Below, one piece after another: positions 59,701-64,000 of a DNA stretch of 64,000 bases (position 1 is the first letter of the stretch; every line of letters starts with the position of its first letter). Below the pieces are notes generated by a model that searched no databases, was not told the DNA's origin, and saw only the letters and a list, made by a program, of their open reading frames with translations. A program made the position numbers and the translations under genes. Source of the stretch: Hypanus sabinus (lineage: Eukaryota); NCBI RefSeq assembly GCF_030144855.1, contig NC_082715.1:135160001-135224000 (forward strand). Direction: 5' to 3'.

Positions 59701-62700
59701 GAAGTGGTAGAGTGGGGTTATGATTGGGGATGTAGATTTTCAGTGGAAAAAACTCAAAATGTATTTTTCTCTAGGAAAAGAATTGAAGTAGGGAAGAAGT
59801 TAAGGATGTATGGGATTGAATTAGAAAGGGTTGGATCATTTAAATTTCTGGGAGTTATATTTGATTCACGATTAACATGGGCAGACCATATCAGGAAAGT
59901 TGAGGAGAAATGTAAAAAAGTAATAAACGTGATGAGAAGTTTGGTAGGGAATGGGGAGCGAGTTGTTCAGCATTGAAGAGAATGTATGTGGCTTTAGTAA
60001 GATCTGTGTTGGATTATGGAAGTGTAGCATATGGATCAGCAGCTAGGTCTCTTATAAGGAAACTGGATGTGATTCAGGCTCAGGTTTTGAGAGTGTGCAG
60101 TGGGGCTTTTAAAATATCACCAGTATCAACCTTGCAGGTAGAAATGGGAATATGCCTTTGGAATTAAGAAGGATGCAATTGATGGCAAACTACTGGGTTA
60201 ATTTGCAGGGACACAATGATTCTCACCCTGCTAAAGGAGTATTGCAGGAGTCCTGGGAAAATGGGAAGTTTCAGAGGGAAAACTTTAGTCGGGTAGGGAA
60301 TGATATTGCTAGATCATGTGGAGTGTTTGATCTAAGGATAAGTCCTTCAGTAGTTTATCTGGTTGTAGCTCCATGGAAGCTGGTATGGCCTGACGTAGAC
60401 TGGCATTTGTCAGAGGTAAAAAGGAAAGTATAAAACTGATTTGGTAAGTGCATTTAACTGTCATGTGATGGAAAAGTATAGTGATTATACTCAGGTCTAT
60501 ACAGATGGTGCTAAGGAACCTGAGACAGGAGTGACAAGGTTTGGGGTGGCTATACCAGCAAAAGCAATTGCAATCAGCAGAAGAACATCTGATAAGTTAG
60601 CGGTGTATACAGTGGAGATGATGGCAGTGTTGGTTGCATTGCGTTGGGTGGAGAAAGCTAAACTAGTCACAGCGTTGATAGGCTCAGATTCATCTTCAGT
60701 TCTAGCAAGTTTAAGGTCTTCTCACTCTTAAACAGCTGGCAAGATGTACTTCATGAAGTCCTTCAGTCAGTCACAAGAGTTGCAAATCAGGGAGGTCAGG
60801 TTAAATTTCTATGGGTTCCAGCTCATGTAGGGGTGAAGGGCAATGAAAGGGTGGATGAGTTGGCAAAGAGGGCAATAAAGAAAGAAAATATAGAAATGCA
60901 CATTAGTATCTGTAAAGCAGAGGTTAAGTGTGTAATCTGGGAAAAAATTAACCAAATGTGGCAAGAAAGATGGGACAGGGAGGGGAAAGGGAGGCATTTA
61001 TATCAAATACAAAAAAGTGTTGCAGGTACTAGGGTGGGAAGTAGATACAGAAGAGAGGAAATTGTGTGGACTAGGTTAAAGCTGGGGCACTGTGCACTAA
61101 ACCAAACACTGAAATTGATAGGGAAACACCAGACAGGACTGTGTGAGGAATGTCAGGAAGAGGAGTCAGTAGAACATATAGTTCTGAGTTGCAGGAATAC
61201 AGAGAGAGATGATGAGAATTAATTTAAGGGAATTGGGGGTGCAGGAATTCACATTAAAAGGGTTGCTGGGCATGGGTGAGAGAACACAGGTCAGGGTACT
61301 TTTAGCTTTCTTAAGGGGTACAGGGGTTTTTTATAGGATATGATGGATAAACAGAAATAGGGTACTAGGATGGGGAGGATAAAGTGTAGGTTAGGGTATG
61401 TGTATGTGCGATTGGGTGAAGGGATTTAGAATGTGAGTCCATGGCATACTCCGGAACAGAAGGAGGCGGTAATGCACCATTAAGCCAGGTGCCAACCGCC
61501 GTAAAACAAGATGGAGGGAGAGGTGAAGAATTTAGTCGAGAAAAAAAAGTATATAAATCATCTAAAGTTGAGATAAAACAAACCATGTGAGGGGTATGAA
61601 GAAGCCAGAATGAGGAAAGCCATGGAGGGGCATGAAAAGTCCTTGTCAAGTAGGATTAAGGTGAATCCCAAGGCATTCTATACTTACATCAAGCATAAAT
61701 GGATAACTCGGGTGAGAGTGGGACCACTGAAGGATAAAGGGAGGAAGATTTTGGTTGGATACGGAGAATGTGAGTGAGGTACTTAATGATTACATTGCTT
61801 CAGTATTTTCCATGGAAAAGGAGATGAAGGACCAGGAAATCAATGCTGAGTGTATTAATATGTTAGGACACCTAGAGATCAAAGGAGGAGGAAGTGTTGG
61901 GCCTCTTAATGAGTATTAAGGTGGATAAATCCCTGGGCCTGGTGGGATTTACCTGAAGTTATTGAAGGAGGCAAGAGACGACATTGCTGGGGTCTTGAGT
62001 ATCTTTGTGTTCTCTGTAGGCACAGGGAAGGTCCTGGAGGATTGTTGAGTGGCTAATGTTGTACCCCTATTTAAGAAAGGAACAAGGAAAATTTTGGGAA
62101 CTATTGATCGGTGAGTCTCAGGTCAGTTGTAAGGAAGATGCTGGAGAAAATTCTTAGGGATGGGATATATGAGTATTTTGAAACCCTTGGCCTACTTATG
62201 CAGAGACAGCATGGGTTTGTGCGTGCAGGTCATTCTTTACCAACTTGATTGAGTTTTTCTGACAAGGTATCAAGACAGTAGAACAATGGATGTTGTCTAC
62301 CTGTAAAGCATTTGATAAACTCCTTCATGGGAGGCTAATCCAGAAGATTAAGGAGCATGGGGTCCGCAGCGAATTGGCTGTTTGGATTCAGAACTGGCTT
62401 AGCAAGGAAGACAGAGGGTAATGGTTGAAGGGACTTATTCGAGCTGGAGGTTTGTAATTAGTGGTGGACCTCTGCTGTTTGTGATGAAAAGATATGACCT
62501 TGATGATAATGTAGGTTAATAAGTTTATGGATGATACCAACATTGGTGGAGTTGTGGATAGTGCAGAAGACTGGCAAAGAATACAGCACAATATAGATCA
62601 GTTGCAGATATGGGCTGAGAAATGGCTGTTGGAATTTCCCCCAGATAAATGTGAGGTGTTGCACCTTGGTAGAGCAAACGCAAGGAGAAAGTGCAGTGTT

Positions 62701-63380
62701 AAGGGCAAGATCTTTAATAACATTGCTGAGCAGAGAGATCTTGGGATTCAAGTTCATAGTTTCTAGAAAGTGGCTACTTACTTTTATTAGTCGAGGCATT
62801 GATTTCAAGTCAAGGAGTTATGTTGCAACTCTGGTTAGGTCTCATCTGGTGTATTCCAAACAGTCTGGTCACCCCCACTATAGGATGGATTTGGAGAGGG
62901 CGCAGAAGAGGTTTACAAGGATGTTGCCTGGTTTAGAGGGTATGTGCTAACATGAAAGGCTGGAAAAACTTAGATTTTTTTTTTGGAGTGACAGAGGCTG
63001 AGGGGAGTTCTGATAAGATTATAAGAGGCATAGATAGAGTAGTGAGGGAGTATCTTTTTCCCAGAGTTGAAATGTCCAGAAATACCAGGGGGCATGCGTT
63101 GAAGGTGAGAGGGGATAGGTTCAAAGGGGATCTGTGAGTAGTAAGTTTTTTAATGAGAGTGGTGGATGCCAGGAATGCGCTGCCTGGTATGGTGGTAGAG
63201 GCAAATACATTGGAGGCTTTTAAGAGACGTTTAGATGGATGTAAGGAAGATGGAGGGATATGGACATGGTGTAGGTAGGAGGGATTAGTATTTGGGTGTT
63301 TTTTGATTCACTTTTCAGCAGGTTCGTCACAGCATTGTAGGCCAAAAAGTTTATTCCGGTGCTGTGCTATTCCATGTCCT
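56790..63380 (+). mobile_element. Long degraded CR1 LINE in intron of the third paralog, split by a Nimb element
   Basis: ORF1-like start ~56790-57030, LDLVLND.PG...DHN at ~57085-57145, RT and C-terminal motifs at 61530-63380. Confidence 0.85.
57408..61517 (+). mobile_element. Nimb/I-group LINE, 5'-truncated in ORF1, with near-complete but frameshifted ORF2 (EN-RT-RNaseH-CCHC)
   Basis: 12-bp TSD GAGAGGTGAAGA at 57396-57407 and 61518-61529. LQWNARSL, CIQETWL, SDHYP, SYRPIALTS, FFDIEKAYD, PQGSVISPLLF, YTDG, GNERVDELAK, C..C...ESVEH motifs. 3' GGCGGT...ACCGCC hairpin. Confidence 0.95.
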
Positions 63381-63611
63381 GATGGAGAGAGACAAGCTGA
63401 GCCAAAGATGGTCAGAATTGGCCCATTCTAGTACACACAAGGAAACAGCCAGAGAACTTGATGGTCAGCCCAGATGCCCATTTAGAAGATGAGGAGTGGT
63501 TCTGCCAACTTGGGTTCAACATTGATGTCAGAGCTCAGCATAGAGACTAAAATTATCTCATCTGAAATGCTGTCCTTGACCCATTGATGTGTTTTGTGAA
63601 TCTTTTTACAG

Positions 63612-64000
63612 TTTAGAAAAGGCAGAGATGTTGTGAATGGGAATCTCAAACTCAGCTACACATCAATTTTGCTGTCTCTGCAGATATTTAAGGAGTGGCC
63701 AGAGATTTCCTTTGCAACACCAATTATCTCTCGTTGATCCTTGGAGCTGAAGAATTATCTCATCCCTGCTGGAAATGTGCTTTGTGACTGAGATGGACCT
63801 TTCGTTGTAACTCAGTGTAATCCACTGGAACAGACGTGCTGAGAACATACCAGCATTTGTTCACTTGAGATCAGGTCTTCAACTGCATTCATTGTATGAG
63901 AGATTCACTACGTCCTGAATTGCTGAATTGTCAGAGAACTGATAGAGAAACTGCAGGAAGGGATTCACATACACGTCCCACCTTCTCAGATTGTGGTCAG
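63612..64000 (+). other. Start of the terminal exon of a third ZNF paralog (finger array expected beyond the window)
   Basis: Acceptor TTTTTACAG at 63603-63611; 63400-63950 aligns with 39450-40000; degenerate finger NCRKGFTYTSHL at the window end. Confidence 0.75.

Noticed and set aside
57597-61222. Active Nimb LINE
   Set aside because: Several frameshifts, mutated RT catalytic motif, and 5' truncation.

Overview
Vertebrate genomic DNA, most likely a cartilaginous fish (ray/shark; inferred from repeat families and finger style), with no prokaryotic features. The window is a transposon-saturated C2H2 zinc-finger (ZNF) gene cluster. It holds two intact ZNF paralogs facing away from each other (17 fingers, 19154-20590 minus; 12 fingers, 40150-41166 plus) and the promoter, intron and first bases of the last exon of a third paralog (55880-64000). 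The two complete genes lie in the arms of an inverted segmental duplication (~11677-25870 vs ~36141-47420). Each arm also carries, just downstream of the ZNF, a degraded endogenous retrovirus-like element. Once nested insertions are removed, it reads LTR - tRNA-Asn-like PBS - coiled-coil ORF - integrase - unknown ORF region - envelope-like gene (heptad repeat, Cys ectodomain, Trp-rich region, TM helix) - LTR. It most resembles lokiretroviruses with fusion(F)-protein-like Env, and is the most novel-looking item here. Nested and neighbouring elements: a complete Gmr1-type Gypsy (IN before RT, 4-bp TSD), an internally deleted but full-ended L1, a twin-primed L1, a solo LTR, a duplicated chromodomain Gypsy, two Nimb/I LINEs, CR1 and Rex/Babar LINE fragments, Penelope fragments with minimal hammerhead motifs, and a hAT derivative. 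Family assignments come from motifs recognised by eye, percent identities are rough visual estimates, and no database search was run.
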